Source of the DNA: Ferrithrix thermotolerans DSM 19514 | Lineage (GTDB): Bacteria; Actinomycetota; Acidimicrobiia; Acidimicrobiales; Ilumatobacteraceae | NCBI GenBank assembly: GCA_945885515.1 | Contig: CAMCZA010000001.1 | Coordinates: 1 to 60,388 of the forward strand | Length of the DNA: 60,388 bases | Direction of reading: 5' to 3' | Shown here: one piece after another, positions 8,750 through 18,575 of the stretch | Position numbering within the stretch: position 1 is the stretch's first letter | How the letters are laid out: the number at the start of each line of letters is the position of its first letter | Made by a program: the position numbers and the translations under genes | Notes under the pieces: generated by a model | Told to the model about the DNA's origin: nothing | Database searches by the model: none | The model's input: only the letters and a program-made list of their open reading frames with translations

Positions 8750-9487
8750 TTACGCGTTAACAAAAATCACGGCACCGTAAATCAGTGCAGCGCTGATCAC
8801 GATTGGCACGACTACGCCGAGCAACTTGGGTCTCAACCGATTATTTGGCGCAAGCACGACGGCGCCACAGATGGCGCCAACCGCAGCCCCACCAAAGTGT
8901 CCGCCAATTGAAATTCCGGGAATTGTCAAAGTGATAACAATATTGATGACAAAAGTAAGACCCAGTCCACTGCTCATCGGGTTTTGCCCTGCTTGTCGCA
9001 TGCCGACAACTGCTGCGGCCATCAAGCCAAAGACAGCACCCGACGCCCCACCAGTCAAACTGTTTGGGCTGAGTATCAGCGCGCCAACAGAGCCACCTAG
9101 CAGCGAAGCAAAGTAGAGCAATCCAAAACGCAACGAGCCGATCTGGGGCTCGAACATTTGACCCAATTGAAAAGCCAGCAACATATTCATCGCCACATGA
9201 AAAAGTCCAAAGTGTACAAAACCGCAACTTATTAATCTGTACCACTCACCTTGTTCAAGAAAGTATTTTGCAATTACAAAATTGTCAGACGCGGTTGAAA
9301 AATTTGTAATTATCATCCAAAGATATAGGCCGACATTTATTGAGACGATCGCATTGGTAAAACTTGTTTTGCTAGTAGAGGACTTTCGAAAATCAGGTCT
9401 TCGGTTGTTGAATCGTTTTTTACTTTCTGGCGCAGACTGCGTCGCGCGTGGAAGCGGGGGAGGAATTTGTGGTGGAGGAAAACTCAC
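8750..9487 (-). CDS. Rhomboid family intramembrane serine protease
   Basis: Multi-TM protein. Contains FHVAMNM, the GxSG motif GGASGAVFGL and a downstream IGGHFGG histidine. Confidence 0.8.
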   Translation of the reverse strand: MSFPPPQIPPPLPRATQSAPESKKRFNNRRPDFRKSSTSKTSFTNAIVSINVGLYLWMIITNFSTASDNFVIAKYFLEQGEWYRLISCGFVHFGLFHVAMNMLLAFQLGQMFEPQIGSLRFGLLYFASLLGGSVGALILSPNSLTGGASGAVFGLMAAAVVGMRQAGQNPMSSGLGLTFVINIVITLTIPGISIGGHFGGAAVGAICGAVVLAPNNRLRPKLLGVVVPIVISAALIYGAVIFVNA

Positions 9488-9491
9488 GATT

Positions 9492-10469
9492 TTAAGCGGG
9501 TAAAAGTAGCGCTTCTTGGCGATTTGCGATGAACCACTTAATTGTTTCGCCTAGACCTTCTTCAAAATTCATTGTCGCACGCCATCCAAGTTCGCGCTCG
9601 GCACGAGACGCATCGACGCGTCGTCGGGGTTGACCGTCTGGTCGTGATGAATCCCAAACGAGTTCACCTGTAAACCCGACGATACGAGCAATCGTCTCGG
9701 CAGTTTCGCGAATCGTAATTTCGCGGTTGTTGCCAAGATTCAGTGGCTCACTCGAGTCGTGCAGTTCTGCTGCCAACAAAATTGCTCGTGCGGCATCTTT
9801 GACATATAAATAGTCTCGACTCGCCGAGCCAGTGCCCCAAACATCAATTTTCTCAAGGCCTTGTTCTTTTGCTTCCACACATTTTTTGATCAGCGCCGGA
9901 ATCACATGTGAGACATCCGGATGGAATTTATCTCCTGGTCCAAATAAATTCGTCGGAATCAAAAATGCAAAACGCTGACCATATTGTTGGGCGTTCACTT
10001 GTGCGTGAACAAGCAACGCTTTTTTGGCGATGCCGTATGGGGCATTCGTTTCTTCCGGGTAGCCGTCCCAAATTGATTCTTCCCGAAACGGCACCGGAGT
10101 AAATTTTGGATAACTGCACACGGTGCCGAGTAGAACTGTTTTTTCAACACCGGTCATGCGGGCTGCTTCGATTGTGTTGGTTCCCATCATCAAGTTGTCA
10201 AGATAAAGCGGAGCAGGAGCAATTTGGTTGTAGCCGATTCCGCCGACTCGCGCCGCCAGATGTACGACGTGACTTGGTTTATGTTTCGCAAATAGCTCAA
10301 GGGCAACGCCAGGCTGAGTTAGATCTGCTTCGCTTCGACGGGGCGCAATAACTTTGGCGCCTGCTTGGTTGAAAGCATCCACAACATTTCGTCCGAGAAA
10401 CCCGTTTCCACCAGTTACGACGACGACACGATCATTCCAAAATTTCGTAAATGAAGATCTTTCACTCAT
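9492..10469 (-). CDS. fcl: GDP-L-fucose synthase (GDP-4-keto-6-deoxymannose 3,5-epimerase/4-reductase)
   Basis: VVVTGGNGFLGRNV Rossmann motif and YGIAKK (YxxxK). A gmd gene is in the same region. Confidence 0.8.
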   Translation of the reverse strand: MSERSSFTKFWNDRVVVVTGGNGFLGRNVVDAFNQAGAKVIAPRRSEADLTQPGVALELFAKHKPSHVVHLAARVGGIGYNQIAPAPLYLDNLMMGTNTIEAARMTGVEKTVLLGTVCSYPKFTPVPFREESIWDGYPEETNAPYGIAKKALLVHAQVNAQQYGQRFAFLIPTNLFGPGDKFHPDVSHVIPALIKKCVEAKEQGLEKIDVWGTGSASRDYLYVKDAARAILLAAELHDSSEPLNLGNNREITIRETAETIARIVGFTGELVWDSSRPDGQPRRRVDASRAERELGWRATMNFEEGLGETIKWFIANRQEALLLPA

Positions 10470-10518
10470 ACAGGTAACATCGTACGCTTCAAATTACTGT
10501 GACTAGCAGTACGGCTTT

Positions 10519-10549
10519 TAACGCCATGTGTTTGGCAATATTGGCGTTA
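10519..10549. promoter_or_regulatory. Perfect 8-bp inverted repeat TAACGCCA-N15-TGGCGTTA in the fcl/GT4 divergent promoter region; candidate operator
   Basis: Read directly from the sequence. It lies in the 117-nt divergent gap at 10470-10586. Confidence 0.3.
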
Positions 10550-10586
10550 CACCCGATACGAAGCTAAGGCGGGCAGAATAGAAGGT

Positions 10587-11681
10587 GTGCGCGTGGCTTA
10601 CTCTTTAGAGCAGTGTTGGCATCGCGTGCCAGGTGGGACAGCAACTTCGGCAATTGAAGTTGCTAAAGCGATGTCGGGTGCGCGACCAGATGTGAATTTT
10701 GTAGGGGTTTCAGGGCGCCATAAACATCAACCTGACTCGTTAGTTTTACCTTCAATTGAAGTGAATCAACTCGCCATGAGTAGTGCATTGCTTTATGAAA
10801 CTTTGCTTCGACTTGGTTGGCCAAATGTCGAGCGGGCGACTGGCGATGTTGACTTGTTGCATTGCACTTCGATTATTCCGTTTGTATCTCGCGCAAAAAT
10901 GGTCGCGACGGTTCATGATTTGGCATTTTTAAAGTATCCAGAATTCTTTAGCCGTCGTGGTAACTCAGTATTTCGGCGAAGTTTGAAAGTTTTATTGAAG
11001 CGTGCAGAAATTTTGCTGTGTTCATCGCAAGCAACGCTCAATGACTGTCTCGAATTTGGTTTCTCGGCTGATCGATTGCGCCATGTTCCGCTCGGGGTAA
11101 ATGCGCCGGTGATTGCACCGAACGCAGTGCAAGTTCTTGATCGCTTGGGTTTATCGGGTGAGTATCTTTTGTTTGTCGGCACCTTGGAGCCACGGAAAAA
11201 CCTTTCTCGGCTGGTGGCTGCGCTCGAAACTCTTGGTGACTCGGCGCCACAACTAGTTGTCGTAGGCGCAACCGGTTGGGGAGATTTAGAACTTGATTCG
11301 ACAACAAACGATAAATCAAAAACTTCAACTCGCGTCAAATTTCTAGGTTTCGTCGCGGCTAGTGATCTGAGCGTTCTATATTCAAACACCATCGCATTTT
11401 GTTATCCGTCAATAATGGAAGGCTTTGGATTGCCAATTCTTGAAGCGATGAGTTTTGGCGTTCCAGTCGTGACCAGTCGTGGTTCATCAACACAAGAAGT
11501 TGCTGGTGGCGCAGCGGTACTTGTGGATCCATTTGATATTGCCAATATTGCCAGTGGAGTAACTGAGGCAATGACTCGTCGAGACGAACTTGTATCACTT
11601 GGGCGAAAACGGGCTGGCGAGATGACATGGCACCAAACAGCAGTGCGCACTGCGGCAGTTTATGACGAGGTGCTCAAGTGA
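10587..11681 (+). CDS. Glycosyltransferase family 4
   Basis: E-x7-E region EGFGLPILEAMSFGVPVVTS. GTGA overlap with the next gene. Confidence 0.8.
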   Translation: MRVAYSLEQCWHRVPGGTATSAIEVAKAMSGARPDVNFVGVSGRHKHQPDSLVLPSIEVNQLAMSSALLYETLLRLGWPNVERATGDVDLLHCTSIIPFVSRAKMVATVHDLAFLKYPEFFSRRGNSVFRRSLKVLLKRAEILLCSSQATLNDCLEFGFSADRLRHVPLGVNAPVIAPNAVQVLDRLGLSGEYLLFVGTLEPRKNLSRLVAALETLGDSAPQLVVVGATGWGDLELDSTTNDKSKTSTRVKFLGFVAASDLSVLYSNTIAFCYPSIMEGFGLPILEAMSFGVPVVTSRGSSTQEVAGGAAVLVDPFDIANIASGVTEAMTRRDELVSLGRKRAGEMTWHQTAVRTAAVYDEVLK

Positions 11682-12796
11682 AATCAAAACAGATCGGCGT
11701 TAATTTATTGTGGTTGCGCACCGGTCAAGTAGGTGGCTCGCAAGAATATTTGATCCGCCAATTGGTGGGTGCGTCATTAAACGAGAAACCCAATCTTGAC
11801 TGCAAAATTACGCTGTTCACACAGCCAGGTTTTGCGCTACATCACCCTGAAATAGCAAATATATATAAGTGCATCGAGGCCCCAGCGCACCGTGGAAATC
11901 GTGCAGCGCGAATCGCGCTTGAACAAACTTGGCTTGTAAATAAATCTCGCAAGTTTGATCTGATGCACCATGGTGGTGGAACTTTGCCGAGGTTCGGTGT
12001 GTCACGCTCAGTCTTGACTATGCACGATGTGCAATATCTTTCGTTTCCTGAAAATTTTAGTCGTGTGCGACTGGCGTATCTGCGGAAAGTTATTCCGAGT
12101 TCGCTGACTCGAGCATCAATTGTCACGACGCCAACCGAGTATGTGCGGCAACGATTAGTTGAGTCATTTGGTTTGAAAGCCAACAAGATTTGTGTTGTTC
12201 GCCATGGCGTCGATGAGACTGTCGGCAAAAATGCGACAACCGAGGCCGAATTACGACATCGGCTTCGACTGACGGATAAAAGAGTAATTTTTCTGCCAGC
12301 GATTACTCATCCACATAAAAATCACAAATTTTTATTGCTGCTGATGAAATCTCATTGGACCGACAAAGACCTCGTGCTTGTTTGTGCTGGTGGACGAGGT
12401 CGAGCAGAAGAAGACTTCATGCGCGAAGCTCGTCGCCTGAATTTAGACGAACGAGTTGTGCGAATCGGTCGCGTTAGTGATGACGACCGAGATGGATTGA
12501 TGAAATTGGCGAGTGCACTCGTGTTTCCGAGTTTGTACGAAGGTTTTGGGGCACCTGTGATCGAAGCAATGACTCTTGGTACACCAGTTATTGCCAGCAA
12601 TTGTGCATCGCTACCTGAAGTCATCGGCGATGCTGGTTTAGTTTTGCCACTTGAGATAGATGCCTGGGCCGATGCTCTACAAGTTGTTGACGCAAAGCGT
12701 GAAAAATTTGTCATGGCTGGCAAACTTCGGGCGATGCATTATTCGGTCAGAAACTCTGGCAGTGATCTGCTGAGTGCATATGAAGCGGCGTTGTGA
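11678..12796 (+). CDS. Glycosyltransferase family 4
   Basis: EGFGAPVIEAMTLGTPVIAS. Translationally coupled to both neighbours. Confidence 0.8.
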   Translation: MKSKQIGVNLLWLRTGQVGGSQEYLIRQLVGASLNEKPNLDCKITLFTQPGFALHHPEIANIYKCIEAPAHRGNRAARIALEQTWLVNKSRKFDLMHHGGGTLPRFGVSRSVLTMHDVQYLSFPENFSRVRLAYLRKVIPSSLTRASIVTTPTEYVRQRLVESFGLKANKICVVRHGVDETVGKNATTEAELRHRLRLTDKRVIFLPAITHPHKNHKFLLLLMKSHWTDKDLVLVCAGGRGRAEEDFMREARRLNLDERVVRIGRVSDDDRDGLMKLASALVFPSLYEGFGAPVIEAMTLGTPVIASNCASLPEVIGDAGLVLPLEIDAWADALQVVDAKREKFVMAGKLRAMHYSVRNSGSDLLSAYEAAL

Positions 12797-14028
12797 TGTC
12801 TAATAAATTGCGACTCGTAGTTTTATGCCCGCATTTTGAGCCTGATATGGCGCCGACTGGTGTCGTGATGACACGAATTGTCCACGAACTAGCAAATCTT
12901 GGCCACGAGATACATGTGGTCACATCGCTGCCGTGGTACCGCAAACATCAAGTTGAACAAGGCTGGGCAGGAGCATTATGGAGAGTTGAAAAGACTCAGT
13001 GGGGCTCGATCACCCGTGTTCAGCCATTCGCCGGCAAGACAAAATTAAATTTACTGCGACGTGCAGTCGGCTTTATTTTATTCAGCGCAATCGTTGGTTT
13101 GCGCAGCATTGTTGCCGGAGGATTACCGCGTCGGATTGACGGAGTACTGGCGATGTCGCCACCGCTGACACTCGGTCTCACCGGCCGACTAACAAAGTTG
13201 TTTCGTGGAGGGAAACTAGTTTTTAATATTCAAGATATTTTTCCAGATGCCGCAATTGAAACTGGTGCGATCTCAAATAAAATAATTATTAAAGCAGCCA
13301 GATGGCTTGAGCGAGTCAGTTATCAGAACTCCGACTTGGTTGTTTTGCTGTCCGATGACCTAGCCAACAATGTGCAAAGAAAGTTAGACCAGCGCATTCA
13401 TAATCGTGTGCGAGTAATTCCGAACTTTGTGGACACGCAAGCAATAACGCCAATGTCGCGGATGACTAACTACAGAACCGAACTCGGCATCGACGACTCG
13501 CTGATTGTGATGTATGCCGGAAATGTTGGGTTTTCGCAATCACTTGAGATGATGATTGCGGCTGCAAAAGAGTTGCCACATTTATTTTTTGTTATCAATG
13601 GTGAAGGCGCGGCTCGCGAATCGTTAATTAGTTCTGCTGTCGGACTAAGCAACTTAAAATTCGGTGACTACCAAGATGTCTCGCGGCTAAGTGAAGTGCT
13701 GGCTACTGGAGATATCCATGTTGTTGCGCTAAAGCGCGGTCTTGGTTCGGTGAGTGTGCCATCCAAAACATATTCAGTTCTTGCGGCAGGCCGATCTGTT
13801 TGTGCAGCCGTTGATTTAGATACAGAAGTGCCGAGGATTTTGGCGGCGGCACAAGCAGGGGTTTGCGTTGAGCCAGATGACTCGGCGGCATTTATATCCG
13901 CTTTAAAAACAATGGCTCAAGACCATAAATTACTAAGCCAAATGGGTGAGCGTGGACGAATTTGGGTCGAGGGCCACGCGTCTGCTGGCTCGGTGGCGCA
14001 ACGTTATGAAGCCTTGTACGCGCGCTGA
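12793..14028 (+). CDS. Glycosyltransferase family 4 (WcaI-like)
   Basis: GT-B architecture with the VPSKTYSVLAAGRSV region. Member of the GT4 operon. Confidence 0.7.
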   Translation: MMSNKLRLVVLCPHFEPDMAPTGVVMTRIVHELANLGHEIHVVTSLPWYRKHQVEQGWAGALWRVEKTQWGSITRVQPFAGKTKLNLLRRAVGFILFSAIVGLRSIVAGGLPRRIDGVLAMSPPLTLGLTGRLTKLFRGGKLVFNIQDIFPDAAIETGAISNKIIIKAARWLERVSYQNSDLVVLLSDDLANNVQRKLDQRIHNRVRVIPNFVDTQAITPMSRMTNYRTELGIDDSLIVMYAGNVGFSQSLEMMIAAAKELPHLFFVINGEGAARESLISSAVGLSNLKFGDYQDVSRLSEVLATGDIHVVALKRGLGSVSVPSKTYSVLAAGRSVCAAVDLDTEVPRILAAAQAGVCVEPDDSAAFISALKTMAQDHKLLSQMGERGRIWVEGHASAGSVAQRYEALYAR

Positions 14029-14048
14029 GACGGTAGCCTTTCTTCTTC

Positions 14049-14723
14049 GTGAGTACATCATCTTCTGCCAAAAAAATCGCGCGTCTTGCGGCTGTAAGTA
14101 AAAACCGTAAGGGCCGAAAGGTTCGAATGCAGGGCGGGACATTGTTTCCGACTGTGATTCTTGTGATCTGCGTTCTTGGTGTGGCCCTAATCGCTTACGC
14201 GCGACAGAGTCAACCGCAAGTAAGTGCACTTGACACTGCAAAACAAAACTATTACACCGCTTTTGGTATTTATAAATGTGATCAGTTCATTGATTCTTTG
14301 CCAGCGGGCCAAGATGTCGGCGCTGATGCGGCGACGCTAAAAGCGGGTGCATACATCGAGTCACAAGGAGTTGTTCGTTGGGAGCCACAAGTTCTTTCTG
14401 GCGAGCGCCGTGCAAACTTGCAAACAATTTTTGATCTTTACGGGATAGAAGTAAATAATGATTCAATAAAATTTCCGGCATCAATCAATAACGGTGAGAC
14501 GATCACAGAGTCCGACACAAAGTGCGGCGACAAAGAAGCATCGGTTCAGGTTTCAGTTTGGGACACTGAAGTTTCGTCATCAAAGATTTCGATTGCAGAC
14601 CTCGGCAAGGTTCGACTCTCGGGCAACGGCATGGCAATCACACTTGCGTTTGTTGCAAAAGGCATAGAGGCACCGCAACCCGTTACAACATCTGATCTAA
14701 AACTACTAACACTCAACCCTTAG
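14049..14723 (+). CDS. Membrane-anchored hypothetical protein (basic N-terminus, one TM, extracytoplasmic domain)
   Basis: KKIARLAAVSKNRKGRKVR followed by the TM segment FPTVILVICVLGVALIAY. No motif recognised. Confidence 0.5.
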   Translation: MSTSSSAKKIARLAAVSKNRKGRKVRMQGGTLFPTVILVICVLGVALIAYARQSQPQVSALDTAKQNYYTAFGIYKCDQFIDSLPAGQDVGADAATLKAGAYIESQGVVRWEPQVLSGERRANLQTIFDLYGIEVNNDSIKFPASINNGETITESDTKCGDKEASVQVSVWDTEVSSSKISIADLGKVRLSGNGMAITLAFVAKGIEAPQPVTTSDLKLLTLNP

Positions 14724-14734
14724 AAAGATTAGGC

Positions 14735-15739
14735 ATGCACGCAGTTGTGCTAGTCGGCGGTTTTGGTACTCGACTTCGGCCACTGACTTTTAAAACGCCA
14801 AAGCCGTTGTTGCCAGTTGGCAATCTTGCACTTCTTGAACGACTGATGATGTCGTTGGCAAAAGGCGGCGTAACGCATGCAGTTTTGTCACTTGGTTTTA
14901 AACCTGAACCATTTTTGAATGCATTTCCGACAAATCAATGTGCCGGAGTTGAATTAAGTTACGCCGTAGAAGACCGTCCGCTTGATACTTCAGGCGCAAT
15001 CGGGTTCGCGGCAAGACAAGCGGGTATTTACAGCCGCGGTGAAACTTTCGTCGTGGCTAACGGGGACATTCTGACTGATTTAGATGTTGCAAAACTGATT
15101 TCATTTCATCGCTCGGCAAAAGCCAAGGGCACGATTCATCTGACGCCCGTCGCAGACCCGTCGCAATACGGTGTCGTTGAAACCGAAACTTCCGGCAAAG
15201 TAATTCGATTCGTTGAAAAACCTGGTGCCGGAGAAACACTGTCGCGCCATGTGAACGGTGGTACATATATTTTTGAGGCCTCCGCATTAGAGCGAATGCC
15301 AGGGACTGCACCACTTTCAATTGAGCGAGAGACGTTTCCTGAAATGGTTCGTCATGGTGAGCTTTTTGCATATCCGACGGATGATTATTGGATTGATGCA
15401 GGTCGTCCAGATACTTATGTGCGAAGCAATGTAGAACTACTTTCGCGAAAGAGTATTTATCAGGTGACACCAATTGATTCAACGGCGAGAATTGATCAGA
15501 GTGCGATTATTACACAGAGCACTATCGGCCCTGGTTGCGTTGTCGGTGCGCGTGCCCAAATCGTGCGCAGCGTATTAATTGCAGGTGCGAAAGTTGATGC
15601 AGATGCGGTTGTGATAGACAGTGCAGTTATGGGACATATCGCCACATTTGCACAGATTTCTTCTTGTTTGATCGGTGCGGACGGCGAAGTAGGTTCTGGG
15701 GCGGTACTGCGAGATGCGAAAATACCTGATCCGAACTGA
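14735..15739 (+). CDS. manC: Mannose-1-phosphate guanylyltransferase (NTP-transferase plus left-handed beta-helix)
   Basis: N-terminus VVLVGGFGTRLRPLTFKTPKPLLPV. C-terminal hexapeptide-repeat region. Confidence 0.8.
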   Translation: MHAVVLVGGFGTRLRPLTFKTPKPLLPVGNLALLERLMMSLAKGGVTHAVLSLGFKPEPFLNAFPTNQCAGVELSYAVEDRPLDTSGAIGFAARQAGIYSRGETFVVANGDILTDLDVAKLISFHRSAKAKGTIHLTPVADPSQYGVVETETSGKVIRFVEKPGAGETLSRHVNGGTYIFEASALERMPGTAPLSIERETFPEMVRHGELFAYPTDDYWIDAGRPDTYVRSNVELLSRKSIYQVTPIDSTARIDQSAIITQSTIGPGCVVGARAQIVRSVLIAGAKVDADAVVIDSAVMGHIATFAQISSCLIGADGEVGSGAVLRDAKIPDPN

Positions 15740-15814
15740 ACGACTGGCAAATGATTAACTGTTCGCTGATCAACTGGCCGCGAATCGACTAGCCGAAAAG
15801 TGAACAACTATTAG

Positions 15815-16738
15815 ATGGCTATTCAAAATAGTGCCCTAGTTTGCGGTGGTGCAGGTTTTATTGGATCTCACTTGGTTGATCGACTGCTTGCTGATGGTCA
15901 CAATGTTGAAGTTGTGGATAATTTGTCCACTGGAACTCTCGCAAATCTTGGCGACGCCAGGTCGAGCGGTGGAGATTTGAGGTTTCATCACCTGGATGTT
16001 TTGGCGCCAGAGTTTTCTGACCTGATCGAATTGCGTCGCCCGGCGATTATTTATCACCTTGCTCTGCTTCCGCCGGGGGTGACTCAAACCAGTGAAATTC
16101 TTTCGTCGGCAAGTTCGCTGCTTGCGGTACTCAGTGCTGCTCAAAAACATAAAATTAAAAAAGTAGTCGTAGCGATACCAGCAGGTTTGTTATATGGCGA
16201 AGTTCCCGCGCGGCAATTGCCGGTCAAAGAAGGTCGTGAGCCAGACCCGATGAGCGTTGCGCATGTGATGGCAAACGCACTTCTTGATTTTTTGATCGTT
16301 TATCGTGAAAGTTACGATGTTGAATTTACAGCTTTAGCAATGACCAATGTTTACGGCACGCGACAACGCCCGAGTGACGGAGTAGTAGCCGCGTTCGCAG
16401 ATGCAATTCTTGGTCATACTGATCCCGTGATTTTTGGCAGTGGGCGCCAGACTCGAGATTTTTTGTTCATTGATGACGCAGTCGATGCACTTTCGCGCGC
16501 AACAACAAAAGGTGGTGGGTTGCTGATCAACATTGGTACTGGAGTTCAAACAACAATCCAGGATTTATGGGCGCTGATGGGTGAACCAACAACTTTGAAG
16601 GCCAAGTCAGTTGCGGCGCGCCATGGCGAGTTGCAGCGCAACGCCGTCAACTCAACGCGAGCGCGAATTCAACTGGGCTGGTCGCATTGGACTTCGGTTC
16701 GCTCTGGTATTGCCGAACTAATGGAAGAGTTAACTTAG
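15815..16738 (+). CDS. NAD-binding epimerase/dehydratase-fold protein lacking the canonical S/T-Y-K catalytic triad
   Basis: The GGAGFIGSHLVDRL Rossmann motif is intact. IPAGLLYGE replaces the SS.vYG serine site. PMSVAHVMANA replaces P.SPYgaSK. Confidence 0.7.
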   Translation: MAIQNSALVCGGAGFIGSHLVDRLLADGHNVEVVDNLSTGTLANLGDARSSGGDLRFHHLDVLAPEFSDLIELRRPAIIYHLALLPPGVTQTSEILSSASSLLAVLSAAQKHKIKKVVVAIPAGLLYGEVPARQLPVKEGREPDPMSVAHVMANALLDFLIVYRESYDVEFTALAMTNVYGTRQRPSDGVVAAFADAILGHTDPVIFGSGRQTRDFLFIDDAVDALSRATTKGGGLLINIGTGVQTTIQDLWALMGEPTTLKAKSVAARHGELQRNAVNSTRARIQLGWSHWTSVRSGIAELMEELT

Positions 16739-16789
16739 AAACCTTGCGACGAATCTAACTAGTTATAGGTAATTTCTGATCGCGAAAGA

Positions 16790-17503
16790 TCAGCGAAACA
16801 GATCTTCTTGTGGTGGCCTGACTAATTCACTGATATCTGAATCTCGAAGCCACGATTCTTCAACTCCTCGAACTACGGCAACTGGCACACCGGAAGATTT
16901 GCCCATTACAAGTTCTGCAGCGCTCGCTAGTTCATCGGCAACGGCAACTTCTGTCACTTGCATAATTCTGCCGAGCGAGTCCGGTGTCCCACGCAAGTCG
17001 ACTACTCCGGCGACTCCGGCCACGCCAATTGCGACATCTGTGAGTCCTTTTCGCCACGGTCGACCAAAAGTGTCGCTAATGATTACACCAACTTTTACGC
17101 CAAGTGTTGCACTGATGATGTCACGAATTCGGCGCGCAGATTTGTCGCTGTCAATTGGAAGCAATGCCGCATATCCGCGTTCAACATTTGACAAGTCAAT
17201 ACCGCTGTTGGCACAAATAAACCCGTGCTTGGTTTCGGTGATTATTAGATCTCCCCGCCGTCGCACGATGCGCACAGCTTCATCTTCGACCAGTTGCTTG
17301 TGACTTAGGGGGTCACTTGCATCAATGGCAACCAAACGACCTTCGGCTTTTGAGACAATTTTCTGCGTCACAACCAGGACATCACCATTTTCTAATGGTC
17401 CGTTTGGTTCTTGGCGACATGCATCAACAATGATTTTGCCGAGTTGATCTTGCGGATTTATTTCGCCGATACCTTGCACGCCCCAAATTGTCAGGCGACT
17501 CAT
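16790..17503 (-). CDS. cofE: Coenzyme F420-0:L-glutamate ligase, single-domain CofE type (no FbiB C-terminal domain)
   Basis: VVTQKIVSKAEGR, ICANSGID and DTFGRPWR motifs. Only 237 aa. Overlaps the cofD stop. Confidence 0.8.
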   Translation of the reverse strand: MSRLTIWGVQGIGEINPQDQLGKIIVDACRQEPNGPLENGDVLVVTQKIVSKAEGRLVAIDASDPLSHKQLVEDEAVRIVRRRGDLIITETKHGFICANSGIDLSNVERGYAALLPIDSDKSARRIRDIISATLGVKVGVIISDTFGRPWRKGLTDVAIGVAGVAGVVDLRGTPDSLGRIMQVTEVAVADELASAAELVMGKSSGVPVAVVRGVEESWLRDSDISELVRPPQEDLFR

Positions 17504-18522
17504 TTTTGTTGTCCCGAAATGCTGGCAAGAGTTGTCTTGGCAAGTTCACCAGCAACGACTTGAGTTGACATCACCGTGTTTGTGACCACGCAGCGTAAAC
17601 CTTCGCGCTCGATGGCATCTTTCAGATCGGCATCCACCGTATCAATAATAATTGTTGAAGCGATAGTTGCATACAGTCTTGCTACACCAAGTGCCGAAGA
17701 CTCATGCCCGAGTTCTGTGAGCATTCGGTCGGCCGGTCCTTTGAGTGCGCGACCGCCAACGATCGGTGAAATCGCAACTACCTTGTTTCGATTTGTCGAC
17801 AACAAGTCGTTGATACCTGCGAGTGCGCGAATTGGGCCAATTGAAACAATTGGATTCGATGGCGCAATAACTATTATTTCGGATTGCTGCAGTTCATTGA
17901 TGCAGTTTGGTTTGGCATTTTCTGCGCCCTGAAAGTGCACTGATTTCACTGCAACGCTGTGCTGATGCTTTACGAAATATTCCTGAAAGCTGATTTGCGT
18001 TCCTGCTTTTCCTGCTGGGCAATCTTGACTGAGCTCAACCAAAGTGGCGACGTCGCTGTTGGTCATCGGCACAATTCGTTGTGCAACTTTCCAGGCAGTG
18101 GCAATTTCTTGGGTGATCAAAGAAGCATCGGCACCTTCACCTCGCCGTGCTGTGCGATAAAAATGGGTCGCAAGATCTTGGTCGCCAAGGCTGAACCACT
18201 CGGGTGCGGCGACCGAGCCGGCTGGTCGCACATCCACATATCTTTTGAGAGAAGCCATTGCCCGCCATGTTTCATCGGCGAGTCCCCATCCGCGTTGCTG
18301 ATCAATCGCCTCGCTGAGTGTGTAAATCACGGTGTCAATATCGGGCGAGATATTTAAACCGTGCAAGACAGTGTCGTCACCTGTGTTGACCAGAGCGATT
18401 GTTTGTTGCGGGCTGTGGACTTGTGCAAGTCCGCGAAGAAATCGAGCGGCACCGACGCCACCAGCGAGAACCACAACTGAACTTGATTTTTCAACCATGT
18501 TCATAGAGCGTACGGCTCGCAA
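17500..18522 (-). CDS. cofD: 2-phospho-L-lactate (or EPPG) transferase CofD/FbiA; start uncertain (TTG 18522 or ATG 18504/18498)
   Basis: VVVLAGGVGAARFLRGL and the C-terminal SPIVGGRALKGPA are typical of CofD. Confidence 0.8.
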   Translation of the reverse strand: MRAVRSMNMVEKSSSVVVLAGGVGAARFLRGLAQVHSPQQTIALVNTGDDTVLHGLNISPDIDTVIYTLSEAIDQQRGWGLADETWRAMASLKRYVDVRPAGSVAAPEWFSLGDQDLATHFYRTARRGEGADASLITQEIATAWKVAQRIVPMTNSDVATLVELSQDCPAGKAGTQISFQEYFVKHQHSVAVKSVHFQGAENAKPNCINELQQSEIIVIAPSNPIVSIGPIRALAGINDLLSTNRNKVVAISPIVGGRALKGPADRMLTELGHESSALGVARLYATIASTIIIDTVDADLKDAIEREGLRCVVTNTVMSTQVVAGELAKTTLASISGQQK

Positions 18523-18575
18523 AGAAACTTAAGCGACTCGCTGTTGATGACTGGCTAGTAGATTAGTTAGTCGTT

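Noticed and set aside
14120-14128. tRNA-like T-loop sequence GGTTCGAAT
   Set aside because: It lies inside a coding ORF (14049-14723). There is no flanking complementary T-stem, acceptor arm or anticodon arm.
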